Assembly (NCBI GenBank): GCA_001897515.1
Contig: MKTA01000019.1
Span: 101,726 to 165,725 of the forward strand
DNA length: 64,000 bases
DNA from: Bacteroidetes bacterium 41-46
GTDB lineage: Bacteria > Bacteroidota > Bacteroidia > Bacteroidales > UBA932
Direction of reading: 5' to 3'
Positions 39,187-50,400 of the stretch are shown here, piece after piece. The notes below the pieces were generated by a model, which made no database searches, was not told where the DNA came from, and saw nothing but the letters and a program-made list of their open reading frames with translations. Numbering within the stretch: position 1 is the stretch's first letter; each line of letters starts with the position of its first letter. The translations under genes and the position numbers were made by a program.

Positions 39187-40274
39187 CTGTAAATAATTGT
39201 TCTGTATAGTTCAAGAGCTCTGGGCAGCAGTGAGTCGTTGAAACGGTATCCCTCTCTGTGTATGTCATCTCCCTCAAATCCATTTCCAATATCAAAGAAA
39301 CAGGCCTTTGATATACTTGCAAAGTGTGCAAAATCCTCAGAGCCTCTCTCCGGAGTCTGAGAGTACTCCCACTCACATCCAAGTTTCTTTGCGGCCTCTT
39401 CCACCATATTACAGGCAAAGGCATTGTTTATTGTAGCAGGAAATTTGTCGTGGTATGAGACGGATATATTTAATGAGGATTTAAAACATCTCTCTCTTGC
39501 AAACGATTCAATCCTCCTGCAGAAAAGGTTAAGATCCATCTCATCATATGCCCTGAGTGTAATTCTGAGTGTGCCGGAGCCTGGGGTCACTCCATAGTTC
39601 GCCTCTCCGATATGAACATTTACAACTGTCCCTAGAACAAAATCAGAAAAAAGATTCTTGTTGGAATTTATTCTCTTAATCTCCTCAACTGTCTCCAGTA
39701 TAGTAAATGTAGGATTGGCAGCCTGTTCAGGGTAAGCTGCATGTGAGGCCGATCCGCTGAAGTGGAGTTCCATCCCTACAGAAGCTGCTGCATAAACATT
39801 CTCATAAATAATTATTCTGTTTTCGGCAATTCCGGGTTTGTTATGCAAAGCAAATGCATAGTCAAAGCTGACATTAAGCCTTGAGAGTTCAGGCACCATC
39901 CTGGAAGCCCCCTCCCCCACCTCTTCAGCCGGCTGGAAGAAGAGCCACACTCTGCCTGGAAAATCTCTGTTTTCTGATAAAACCCGGGCTAAACCTATTA
40001 AAATTGCCATATGGCCGTCATGTCCGCAGAGATGTAACGGACCCAACTCTGTTGGGACAGCATCCATCTCGCATCTGAACATCAGGGTCTCTCCTGCCCT
40101 CTCTCCCTTGAAACCGGCTATGATTCCAAACCCTCCGACGTTCATGTACAATTCATCGGGATTGCATTGGCTAAGAAAACCTTCCAATATTTTTGCCGTT
40201 GCCTCCTCTTTGTGAGAATATTCAGGACTTTTGTTAAGTACTGTTCTGATTTCACTAAGTTGTTCAAATTCCAT
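39183..40274 (-). CDS. M20 family amidohydrolase (HipO/YxeP-like)
   Basis: PEYS..E..T, EMDA, HLCGHDGH, FQPAEE, ALHN.PG, GSEDFA; TAATTTTG at 40305-40312 supports the ATG at 40274. Confidence 0.9.
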   Translation of the reverse strand: MEFEQLSEIRTVLNKSPEYSHKEEATAKILEGFLSQCNPDELYMNVGGFGIIAGFKGERAGETLMFRCEMDAVPTELGPLHLCGHDGHMAILIGLARVLSENRDFPGRVWLFFQPAEEVGEGASRMVPELSRLNVSFDYAFALHNKPGIAENRIIIYENVYAAASVGMELHFSGSASHAAYPEQAANPTFTILETVEEIKRINSNKNLFSDFVLGTVVNVHIGEANYGVTPGSGTLRITLRAYDEMDLNLFCRRIESFARERCFKSSLNISVSYHDKFPATINNAFACNMVEEAAKKLGCEWEYSQTPERGSEDFAHFASISKACFFDIGNGFEGDDIHREGYRFNDSLLPRALELYRTIIYR

Positions 40275-40304
40275 TGAGTAGTTATTTTTAAAATCACTCT
40301 TGCC

Positions 40305-40355
40305 CAAAATTAGATATTTTATTCTTGGGCTGTATCCATTATGTGTCTATTTTTG
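40305..40355. promoter_or_regulatory. Divergent -7 elements (amidohydrolase / TonB receptor)
   Basis: TAATTTTG on minus (40305-40312) and TATTTTTG on plus (40348-40355); a GCCCAA...TTGGGC inverted repeat overlaps the region. Confidence 0.6.
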
Positions 40356-40383
40356 CGCCTTCGCAACAGAAAAAAACATTTTT

Positions 40384-42399
40384 ATGAACAAACAACAGAA
40401 ACAGAGATCCAGATTATGTTTCAAGAGATGGAAGAGAGCCCCCTGGGCCGCTTTTGCATCTCTGGGCAAGGTAATCAAAATTGGAGTATTAAGCGTAAGT
40501 TGCTCAATACTTGTTCTTAAGAGCCAGCCGATCCTGGCACAGAGTAGTACAAAAACTGAAACTGACACTATCCGAGCTCTTGAGGAGCTTGTCGTTAACA
40601 CAGAACGACCGACGCCATTTCAACCACTTGTTAGGGTTGTGGCAGTAATTCAGCAGGCAGAGATTGAGCGGGCAGCGGTGAACAACCTCCCCGATCTGTT
40701 GCGATATCTCCAGGGGACTGACCTCCGTACACGGGGAGGCGAAGGAGTTCAGTCAGACCTGAACATTCTCGGAGGAACTTTTGACCAGACAATGGTTATG
40801 ATTAACGGGGTCAACTTCACTGACCCGCAAACCGGACACCACTCTCTTAATATTCCGGTTGAAATTTCACAAATTGAGCGAATAGAAATTCTTCACGGAC
40901 CCGGGGCCTGGTCAGAGGGCTCAGTGGCTTATGCCGGAGCAATAAATATCATCACAAAAAATCCGGCTAAAAAGGGACTCTCACTTGCCCTAACCGGAGG
41001 ATCTTTCGGCTATTTCAAGGGCGACGCAAATCTCCAATACGCAAAAAACAGTGGCAAATGGAATCTCTCGGCCCAGGCGGGAGGAGGATATAGCCGGTCG
41101 GACGGATATTCAGATAATACAGACTTTGACATTCTCAATCTTTTTACCAATATTCTAGTAACAAAGGGGAATAAACACAAGATTTATGCTCAGGCAGGTT
41201 ATCAGCATAAGGCGTTTGGGGCAAACAGCTTTTATACAGCTGCATATCCGGAACAATTTGAAGAGACAAGTCTCTACCTTTCATCGTTGCAATATACTTA
41301 TCAAAGTGACAAATGGCAACTTAAAGCGGTTGCATACCACAGAAGACATTTTGACCGGTTTGAACTCTTCAGGAATGAACCTGCATCATGGTATCAGGGT
41401 CACAACTACCATAGAAGCGATATTGCCGGAGCGGACATCCAGGTCGCTCGCCGATGGGGCAAAGCCGGTACTACACTTATTGGAGCGGGTTACCGGTTTG
41501 AAAACATCTACAGCACCGTACTGGGCGACCCAATATTGGGAGAAGGGGTGCACCTCTCTCCGGAGGGGATAGAGTACACCCGACAAAAAAACAGGCATAC
41601 ACCATCGGCATACGCAAAACACATACTTCAGCTGGAGAGATGGAGATTTACTGCGGGTATTCTTGCAGCAGAAGGCATGCGCCTATACGGAGGGGCAAGT
41701 GCAGCATACAGCATCAACCCTTATCTTGAGGCAAATGGCTGGATTAATAACTCTTTCAGGAATCCCACTTTTACAGATCTCTATTATAAAAGCCCCAGCC
41801 AGACTGGAAATATGGAGCTCAAACCTGAGGAGGCTGTTTCTGCTCAGTTGGGGCTGAGATATACAAAATCAGGGCTGAGGGGCTCTCTCTCCGGATTCTA
41901 CAGGTATGGATTCAGTATCATTGACTGGACGAGGGAGAGCGGTTCTGATCAATGGCTGGCGAGTAATATTACAAATGTTATTACTGCCGGATTTGAAGCA
42001 TCATTAATTAAAAACTGGACAAACTCCTTTCTGAATAGTGCGGGGGTGACTTATGCTTTTTTAGATGTTTCCAAAAAAACCGATGGTCTGTTGTCTCTCT
42101 ATGCAACTGATTTTTTAAGGCACAAAGCCACGGCTTTTGCAGATCACAAAATCTTCCTTAATCTCTCAGCAAGATGGGACCTGAGTTTTCAGAAGAGAGA
42201 GGGGACCTGGCTTGGACCTCAGTCCACAGAAGTCCCCTATAAAGCCTTTGCACTTGCAGATGTCAAGCTGGTCTGGACAGAGAGCAAATGGAAAATCTCA
42301 TTAGAGGCAACTAATCTATTCGGTACAGAATACCTGTACCTGGGTAATTTGCCTCAGCCGGGTCGCTGGATAAAGGCCGGGCTGTCGCTGAATCTATAA
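40384..42399 (+). CDS. TonB-dependent receptor (orphan, non-SusC type)
   Basis: TonB-box-like LEELVV; plug LLRYLQG.D...RG...Q.D.NI.GG.FDQT..MINGV...DPQTGHH; barrel ending N.....Y.....PQPGRWI.AG. Confidence 0.93.
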   Translation: MNKQQKQRSRLCFKRWKRAPWAAFASLGKVIKIGVLSVSCSILVLKSQPILAQSSTKTETDTIRALEELVVNTERPTPFQPLVRVVAVIQQAEIERAAVNNLPDLLRYLQGTDLRTRGGEGVQSDLNILGGTFDQTMVMINGVNFTDPQTGHHSLNIPVEISQIERIEILHGPGAWSEGSVAYAGAINIITKNPAKKGLSLALTGGSFGYFKGDANLQYAKNSGKWNLSAQAGGGYSRSDGYSDNTDFDILNLFTNILVTKGNKHKIYAQAGYQHKAFGANSFYTAAYPEQFEETSLYLSSLQYTYQSDKWQLKAVAYHRRHFDRFELFRNEPASWYQGHNYHRSDIAGADIQVARRWGKAGTTLIGAGYRFENIYSTVLGDPILGEGVHLSPEGIEYTRQKNRHTPSAYAKHILQLERWRFTAGILAAEGMRLYGGASAAYSINPYLEANGWINNSFRNPTFTDLYYKSPSQTGNMELKPEEAVSAQLGLRYTKSGLRGSLSGFYRYGFSIIDWTRESGSDQWLASNITNVITAGFEASLIKNWTNSFLNSAGVTYAFLDVSKKTDGLLSLYATDFLRHKATAFADHKIFLNLSARWDLSFQKREGTWLGPQSTEVPYKAFALADVKLVWTESKWKISLEATNLFGTEYLYLGNLPQPGRWIKAGLSLNL

Positions 42400-42491
42400 T
42401 AATTACAGCCTTATTAATACTTAATTTGTTAAAAAAATAAATTATTTTTACGTTTTGTATTACTGAATTTAATCAAAACAATCAATAATCT

Positions 42492-44561
42492 ATGAAAAGT
42501 AAATTATTCACTATGTTAATTTCAACTGCTTTAATTGCCACCTCTTGCGGGGGAGACTCCGCAAAACAGCCGGAAGAGCTAATCACAAAAAGCAATATTA
42601 CAGTTGAAGGGGGAAGACTCACTCCTGAAGTAATGCATAGTATGGGAAAGGTATCAGACCCTCAGGTATCACCAGATGGTTCAAGGATTCTGTACGGAGT
42701 TGCATACACCAGTATTTCTCAAAATAAAAACAACAGGGAACTATTTGTAATGAATGCCGATGGTTCTGATCAGAAACAGCTGACTACCACATCCGGCAGC
42801 GAAAGCAATGCAAGGTGGATAAATAACGGTAATGAGATTGCATACCTTTTAGGCGGACAGATATGGATAATGAAATCTGATGGAAAAGACGCAAAGAAGG
42901 TAAGCAACTACGAGAACGGGATAAACGAATTTGACTTCTCTCCTGACGGGAGTAAAATTATGTTTGTGAGCGATGTTAAGGCGGACAAGAAGGCTGTGGA
43001 TATTTGGCCTGATCTTGACAAAGCAAACGGCAGAATGTACTCATATCTTATGTACAGACACTGGGATCACTTTGTGGAGACTATTCCTCACACCTTTATT
43101 GCTGATTTCGACGGAAAGGGGCTAAGCAATATTACAGATATACTGGAGAATGAGCCTTATGAACTGCCTGTACTGCCTTTTGGCGGTATTGACCAGTTGA
43201 ACTGGAGCCCGGATGGATTGTCAATTGCATACTCCAGCCGAAAACTTACTGGAAAAGAGTACGCTTTTTCAACAAATACAGATATTTACATATACAATAT
43301 TGCAGAAAAAACTCATGAGAACATAACTGACGGAATGCCGGGTTATGACACGGATCCGCTTTTCTCTCCTGATGGTAAAACTATTGCTTGGATATCAATG
43401 GAGAGAGCCGGGTTTGAGGCAGACAAAAAGAGGATCTTCATTATGGATCTTGAAACAAAGGTAAAGACGGAACTCACTACAGATTTTCCGTATAATGCCG
43501 AGTCAATTACATGGCTGGCAGATGGATCCGGTCTATATTTTACTTCTTGTGTAAAGGCTCTTACAGGAGTATACCTTGTAAATCTTGCAGACAGGGAGAT
43601 CAGGCAGGTGGTTCAGGATCAGTTTGATTTTGATGGTGTACAGCTTGCAGGGGATAAACTTGTGGGCACCTACAAAAGCATGTCAATGCCCAATGAAATT
43701 GTCTCTATTAATCCTCTTGATGGAACATATGCTCAACTAACCTTTGAGAATAAGCATCTTCTTGACCAGATAACAATGGGAAGAGTTGAGGAGAGATGGA
43801 TTAAGACAGTTGACAATAAGGATATGCATATGTGGGTTGTCTATCCTCCAGATTTTGACTCTACAAAAGTATATCCTGCATTGCTTTTCTGTCTTGGAGG
43901 ACCACAGGGAACTCTTAGTCAGGGATGGTCATATCGGTGGAACTTCCAGCTTATGGCTGCCAATGATTACATAGTAATTCTTCCAAACAGAAGAGGCACC
44001 ACAGCATTTGGGCAGGAGTGGACAGATCAGATTTCAGGTGACTATCCTGGTCTGAATATGCAGGATTACTTCTCTTCAGTTAAAGAGATGAAAAAAGAGA
44101 AATACGTGGGTAAAGTGGGTGCGGTAGGTGCCAGTTACGGCGGATACTCCGTGTTCTATCTTGCCGGAATTCACAAGGGTATGTTTTCTGCATTTGTTGC
44201 TCATGCAGGCATCTTCAATCAGGAACATATGTATATGACAACAGAGGAGATGTGGTTCCCGCACTGGGATAATGGTGGTGCACCTTGGGATAATAACCCT
44301 GTTGCGAACAGGCATTATGCAAGCTCGCCTCACAAGTTTGTCAAAAACTGGGATACTCCTATTCTTATAACTCACGGAGAACTGGATTACAGAGTTCCTG
44401 TTGATCAGGGAATGGCTGCATTCAATGCTGCTCAGGCACTTGGAGTACCTTCGGAACTGCTCCTCTTTCCGGGGGAGAACCACTGGATACTTAAGCCACA
44501 GAACAGCATACAGTGGAACAGAGTTTATTACGCATGGTTGGATAAATGGTTAAAAAACTAG
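42492..44561 (+). CDS. S9 family peptidase (DPP5-like lipoprotein with PD40 propeller)
   Basis: Lipobox IATSC; PD40 repeats (SPDG); GGPQ; GASYGG nucleophile elbow; DYRV; ENHW. Confidence 0.93.
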   Translation: MKSKLFTMLISTALIATSCGGDSAKQPEELITKSNITVEGGRLTPEVMHSMGKVSDPQVSPDGSRILYGVAYTSISQNKNNRELFVMNADGSDQKQLTTTSGSESNARWINNGNEIAYLLGGQIWIMKSDGKDAKKVSNYENGINEFDFSPDGSKIMFVSDVKADKKAVDIWPDLDKANGRMYSYLMYRHWDHFVETIPHTFIADFDGKGLSNITDILENEPYELPVLPFGGIDQLNWSPDGLSIAYSSRKLTGKEYAFSTNTDIYIYNIAEKTHENITDGMPGYDTDPLFSPDGKTIAWISMERAGFEADKKRIFIMDLETKVKTELTTDFPYNAESITWLADGSGLYFTSCVKALTGVYLVNLADREIRQVVQDQFDFDGVQLAGDKLVGTYKSMSMPNEIVSINPLDGTYAQLTFENKHLLDQITMGRVEERWIKTVDNKDMHMWVVYPPDFDSTKVYPALLFCLGGPQGTLSQGWSYRWNFQLMAANDYIVILPNRRGTTAFGQEWTDQISGDYPGLNMQDYFSSVKEMKKEKYVGKVGAVGASYGGYSVFYLAGIHKGMFSAFVAHAGIFNQEHMYMTTEEMWFPHWDNGGAPWDNNPVANRHYASSPHKFVKNWDTPILITHGELDYRVPVDQGMAAFNAAQALGVPSELLLFPGENHWILKPQNSIQWNRVYYAWLDKWLKN

Positions 44562-44572
44562 TACTAAAAAAC

Positions 44573-47380
44573 ATGAAAAAAATCTTCACACTTGCCTTGG
44601 TTGCAATAACGGTTGTAGCCTATGGCCAAAAGAGGCCACTTGACCACTCTGTTTATGACAATTGGAAAAGTATTGGCAACGTTCAAATTGCCGAGAACGG
44701 AAAGTATTCACTTTTTCAGGTTAATGCACAGGAGGGAGATGGCTATCTTGAGGTGCTCAACATATCTTCCATGCAGAGAGAAAACTTCCCGAGAGGAGGT
44801 TCCGCAAGGATTACACAGGACGGTAATTATGCAGTGTTTACTATAAAACCTCTCTTCTCTCAGACAAAGGAGGCAAGAATTAAAAAGGCAAAGCCAGATC
44901 AGATGCCCAAAGATACACTTGCTGTGTATAATCTGCAGGGCAAAACAATCAAAAGCTTCCCTCATCTAAAGAGTTATAAAATGTCCAGATGGGGAAGTAA
45001 ATATGTTGCATTTCAAACTACTCCTCCCGCTGATACAGCTAAAGGGGCTAAACCTGTAAAGAAAGAGAAGGATGAAGGTGCTGAGTTATTTATCTATCAT
45101 CTTGGAAATGGATATGTTGACACATTAAAATATGTTGCCGAATATGACTTTTCAAGAGGTGGAGATACTCTGTTCTTTGTGGCAAGACCTAACTCAAAGG
45201 ATTCTCTTTTTATTCCAGGCTTATATATGTATAATCCTGCAGAAAAGAGGTCAACGCCAATTTTTCAGACAACTCTCAAGCAGAGTGTTAAACTTCCAAA
45301 TGTTAGCGGAGACAACTCAAGAATTGTGTTTTACGCAAAACTGGATACTACCAAAGAGAAGAAAGATAAACATATCTCTATAATGGAGTACCGGTCCGGC
45401 ATGGAAAAGGCCAGAATTGTTGTTGACAACAGTTCTCCCTTTATTCCGGAAAATATGTTAGTAAGCGAAAACAGACCTTTGCAGTTTAATAAAACTGGGA
45501 ACAGATTGTTTTTTGGCATTGCAAATGTGCTTCCGGAAAAAGACACCACTATTAAAGAGCCCGAAGCAGCAAAACTAGATATCTGGCACTATTCTGAACC
45601 ACATATACAACCAATGCAGTTAAGAAATCTTCAGAGAGAACTTCGCAAGAACTATCTGAGCAAGATTGAGTTGGATGGTGACCCTGCATTTATTCAGATT
45701 GCAAAGGAGGAGTACGAAAATGTAATGATTCCGGACGACTGGTCAGCTGAAAAGGGTATTGCAATAAGTAATTACTATTACCGTCTTCAGTCTCAATGGG
45801 ATGCAAATCCCATCAGGGATCTTTATATTATTGATCTTAATACAGGCAAACCTGAACAAATTGTTAAGGGTGGATATATGAGCTCCTTCTCTGTCTCCCC
45901 TGCAGGCAAGTACTTTGTTTGGTACGATAACAGTAAAGGAGAGTGGTACTCTCTTAACATTTGTGATCAAAAGATTATCCCCTTGACAAAGGGCCTGAGT
46001 GTATCCTTTGCAGACGAACTGCATGACTCCCCTTCAATGGCTTCATCATACGGGTCAGGCGGATGGACGGAAGGAGATAACGCTGTATTTATATATGACA
46101 GATATGATATATGGAAAATTGATCCATCAGGGGTTAAACCGGCAGAGAATTTCACCAATGGTAAAGGTGCCTCTGAAAGAGTAACATTCAGAATTATACG
46201 TACAGACAGAGACTTCAGAGATACTGAACCTTTTGAAGAGAAGGCTGAATATATTTTAACGGCGTTTGATAATAAAACAAAGGCGCACGGATTCTACTCT
46301 AAAGATACAAGGTCACGGAAGCCTGTGCTTAAATTAATGACAACAGAGCCTTTTATGTTTACTTCACTTAAAAGAGGCAAGTCAGGTAAGGAGATGATTT
46401 ATGTTAAGGCCAACTTCACAAATTCACCTGATGTATGGGTATCAAAAGATAATTTTAAAACTCAAACAAAGGTTTCTGATATTAATCCCCAGCAAAAGGA
46501 GTACAACTGGGGAACAGTTGAATTGGTAAGCTGGAAATCCAATAGAGGTACAGAGCTGGAAGGACTTCTTTATAAACCTGAAAATTTTGACCCGTCAAAG
46601 AGATATCCTATGCTTGTATATTTCTATGAAAGAAACTCAGACCTCCTCCACGCTTATCGTGCTCCGGCGCCAAGCAGGTCAACCATCAACATACCATATT
46701 TTGTTAGCAACGAATACATAGTTTTTGTACCCGACATTGCATATGAAGAGGGGCATCCCGGAAAGAGTGCAATTGACTGTATTGTACCCGGCGTAAAAAT
46801 GCTTTGTGATAATGAATGGATAGACAGCGAAAATATTGCAATTCAAGGTCAGAGCTGGGGAGGATATCAAGTTGCTCATATGATTACAAGGCCTGAGACA
46901 TTCAAATGGAAGGCGGCAGGAGCAGGAGCACCTGTCTCAAATATGACAAGTGCATATGGCGGAATAAGATGGGGCTCCGGAATGGTAAGGCAATTCCAGT
47001 ACGAACATACACAGAGTCGTATTGGTAAAACCCTTTGGGAAGCTAGGGATCTCTATATTGAGAACTCTCCTCTATTCTTTGCAGACAAGGTGGAGACTCC
47101 TCTACTTATAATGCATAACGATGAAGATGACGCTGTTCCATGGTACCAGGGAATTGAATATTTTACAGCTTTGAGAAGATTAGGCAAACCAGTATGGATG
47201 CTCCAATATAACAATGAAGTACATAATCTTTCAAAAAGGATTAATGCTAAAGATCTTAGTATCAGGCTAGCTCAGTTCTTTGACCACTACCTTAAAGGTG
47301 CCCCGGCACCGGTGTGGATGAAGCGCGGTGTTCCTGCAACGCTCAAAGGCATTGATTATGGTTATGATTTAACTGAATAA
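44573..47380 (+). CDS. S9 family prolyl oligopeptidase / acylaminoacyl-peptidase-like
   Basis: Sec signal MKKIFTLALVAITVVAYG; YFYERNS; GQSWGG; HND.DDAVPW.QG; E.HN. Confidence 0.92.
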   Translation: MKKIFTLALVAITVVAYGQKRPLDHSVYDNWKSIGNVQIAENGKYSLFQVNAQEGDGYLEVLNISSMQRENFPRGGSARITQDGNYAVFTIKPLFSQTKEARIKKAKPDQMPKDTLAVYNLQGKTIKSFPHLKSYKMSRWGSKYVAFQTTPPADTAKGAKPVKKEKDEGAELFIYHLGNGYVDTLKYVAEYDFSRGGDTLFFVARPNSKDSLFIPGLYMYNPAEKRSTPIFQTTLKQSVKLPNVSGDNSRIVFYAKLDTTKEKKDKHISIMEYRSGMEKARIVVDNSSPFIPENMLVSENRPLQFNKTGNRLFFGIANVLPEKDTTIKEPEAAKLDIWHYSEPHIQPMQLRNLQRELRKNYLSKIELDGDPAFIQIAKEEYENVMIPDDWSAEKGIAISNYYYRLQSQWDANPIRDLYIIDLNTGKPEQIVKGGYMSSFSVSPAGKYFVWYDNSKGEWYSLNICDQKIIPLTKGLSVSFADELHDSPSMASSYGSGGWTEGDNAVFIYDRYDIWKIDPSGVKPAENFTNGKGASERVTFRIIRTDRDFRDTEPFEEKAEYILTAFDNKTKAHGFYSKDTRSRKPVLKLMTTEPFMFTSLKRGKSGKEMIYVKANFTNSPDVWVSKDNFKTQTKVSDINPQQKEYNWGTVELVSWKSNRGTELEGLLYKPENFDPSKRYPMLVYFYERNSDLLHAYRAPAPSRSTINIPYFVSNEYIVFVPDIAYEEGHPGKSAIDCIVPGVKMLCDNEWIDSENIAIQGQSWGGYQVAHMITRPETFKWKAAGAGAPVSNMTSAYGGIRWGSGMVRQFQYEHTQSRIGKTLWEARDLYIENSPLFFADKVETPLLIMHNDEDDAVPWYQGIEYFTALRRLGKPVWMLQYNNEVHNLSKRINAKDLSIRLAQFFDHYLKGAPAPVWMKRGVPATLKGIDYGYDLTE

Positions 47381-47449
47381 TAACAGTTTGTAAAATTTTT
47401 TCGTAAATTTGTGCAGGCGGGAGAATAAATCTCTTGAATCACATTGGAT

Positions 47450-50400
47450 ATGGCCTGCAACAAACTAACAAATATTACAAGACAACTGCGAATAATTGCG
47501 GTTGTCTTGTTCTTCTTTACAGCTTGTAAAGAGAGTAAAGTTGAAGATGAGAAGGTTTCAGCTCCAGAGTCAAAGCAGATAGTTGGAAAAGTAGTTGATA
47601 AAAGTGGCGTAGAGGATCCTGTAACAATTGTGGCGGGGAATCCGTCCAGGTTTTATGCTAAACAACTAAATAAAAGAGTTATACATGAGAATAGCGTCAT
47701 TTCAAATCCACCTGTTAAACTTAATGTAATTTCCACCAATATAAAATATCCTGGCAGAGAGGGTGTCCCCTTGCCAAAGGTAATCCCTGCAAAGATTAAA
47801 AGCGTTATTGCCTACCCACCGGCGAGAGTTACAGCCAAGGACGCATATGTAAGAGACAAGAATCCATACAATTTTAGCTCCATTGCCAAGCTTCAGGGTT
47901 TAAGACATGATCAGATCAGGTCTATTACTGAGGACAGCACGGGCAATTTATGGCTCGGTACCGACGATGGCCTTACAAAATTTGACGGCAGATATTTATA
48001 TCACTATACAAAGGATCAGGGGCTAACAAACAGTCTGATATTAACAGTAAAGTATGACTCAAAGGGTAATATCTGGGCAGGCACATTCAGAGGTGGTGCA
48101 GTTATGTTTGACGGGCGCGAATTTCATATGTTCACAACAGAGGAGGGACTGCCAAGTGATATAGTAAACTGGATTGAGGAGGATAACTCAGGGAATATCT
48201 GGTTTGCAACAGGTGGCGGTATTGTAAAATATGACGGTAAGAACTTGACTGTCTATACTCAGGAAAACGGACTTTGCGATAATGACACAAGATACCTTAT
48301 TACTGACAAATATGGCAAACTATGGGTATCCTCAAACCTGGGTGGAATCTCTTGTTTTAACGGAGAGAGTTTTACAAATTACACAAAAGAGGAGGGTTTG
48401 CCTCAGAATGAGGTCACATCGCTTTATGAGGATACAAGGGGAGACATCTGGATGGGTCTCTCTACAATGGGAATTTTGAAATATGATGGATATTTCTTCT
48501 TTCATTACTCCAAACAGTCTGGACTAACTGACGGTGGAGTAAGAAGCATATTGGAGGACTACAAAGGTAATATCTGGATAGGCTCAACAACCTCCGGACT
48601 TTTCAAGTTTGACGGAAAAAGATTTACAAATTACAATTTAAATGAGGGGTTGGGGTCTGACTATGTAAGGTGCCTGCACGAGGACAGATCGGGAAATCTG
48701 TGGATAGGCACAAGAACTGCAGGATTAGTTAGGTATAAAGGCGATGTATTTACGCATCTGACAGCTGATGACGGACTGAGCAACAGCAGGGTAATGAGTA
48801 TTCACAGAGCTCTTAATGGTTCGGTGTGGCTGGGCACTTTCGGAGGATACGTAACCATTATAGATAATCCAAAAGATATTAACGGAGGGGGAACACTATC
48901 TCTATTTGGTCCGGACCAAGGTTTAACAAGCTCAAGAGTTTATAGTCTTTTTGAGGAAGAGAACGGCAACATGTGGATGGGTACAGATGGAGGAGGAGTA
49001 GTAATATATGATGGTACATATACATATACATACACCACAAAGGAGGGTCTGTGCGATAACACTATAAGAGATATCGCAAGGGGGAACAATGGAGATATCT
49101 GGATTGGCACTTACGGTGGAGGGGCATCAAAGTACGATGGTAAAAGCTTTACAAACTTTTCAGTAAAGAGTGGGCTTAGCGGTAACAATATTATGGCAAT
49201 TTATACCGATAGGAATGGATTGGTGTGGTTGGGGAGTGATGGAGGGGGAGTATCAACTTATAATGGAAGTGAATTTACACACTATACAACAAAAGAGGGG
49301 TTCTTCAGCAATATTGTAAACAGTATAACTGAAGACAAAGATGGCAATATCTGGTTTGGTACCGGAGGAGAGGGGTTGGTTAGGTTTGATGGCAAATATT
49401 TTACAAGATACGGAGTTAAGGAGGGATTGAATAATGACTATGTGATGTCTATTTTAATAGATTCATCAGGAGTAATCTGGGCAGGAAGCAGGTATGGAAT
49501 AAACAAAATAACAAAGGACTCTTCTCTTTCCGGTTACAAAATCAGAAGTTACAATTACGAGGATGGATTTATTGGGATGGGATGTAACCTTGGATCAATT
49601 GAGGATTTACCTGATGGAAATATTCTGACCGGAACAAATGACAGATTGACTAGATTTCATGGTGATAAGGAGATTCAAAAGAGTGCACCTTTCACTTTGC
49701 ATCTGACAAATCTGATGATTTTCAATGAAGAGATTCCCTGGACATACATTTTCACCAACAGAGACTCCATTTTTCAATTGAATAATGGTCTTAAATTGAA
49801 AAACATAAATCTATCAGATATTTCAAAATGGAATAATATACCTCTTGACCTTGAACTTCCACACAAACTTAACTATATAACATTCAAATATATTGCAGTT
49901 GCACAAGATGAAATAGATAAAGTGCGTTACGAGTATAAACTTGAAGGACTTGATTTAAATTGGCATAAAACATCCGCCATTACAGAAATTCCTTATGTTA
50001 ATCTATCGCCCGGGAACTACACCTTCAAAGTCAGGGCGCAATCAAGCGAAGGTGTGTTAAGCAATGAGGTCTCCTATAAATTCAGAATTAAACCGCCTTG
50101 GTGGCAAACGGTTTGGTTTTATTTGATTTTATCTATCGGAGCCATTACCATTATTTACCTATTCATTAAAAATAGGGAGAGGGCCTTAAGGGTTGACAAA
50201 GAGCTATTGCAGAAGAAGGTAGAAGAGCAAACAGAAGAGCTATTGTTAAAAAACAATGAGCTAGAGGTTCTGAACGAAGAAAAAGATAAATTATTCTCAA
50301 TTATTGCTCATGACCTAAGAGGACCTTTTAGCTCTTTTCTTGGACTTACACAGATTATGTCAGAAGACCTGACATCCTTTACACAGGAGGAGATTAAATC

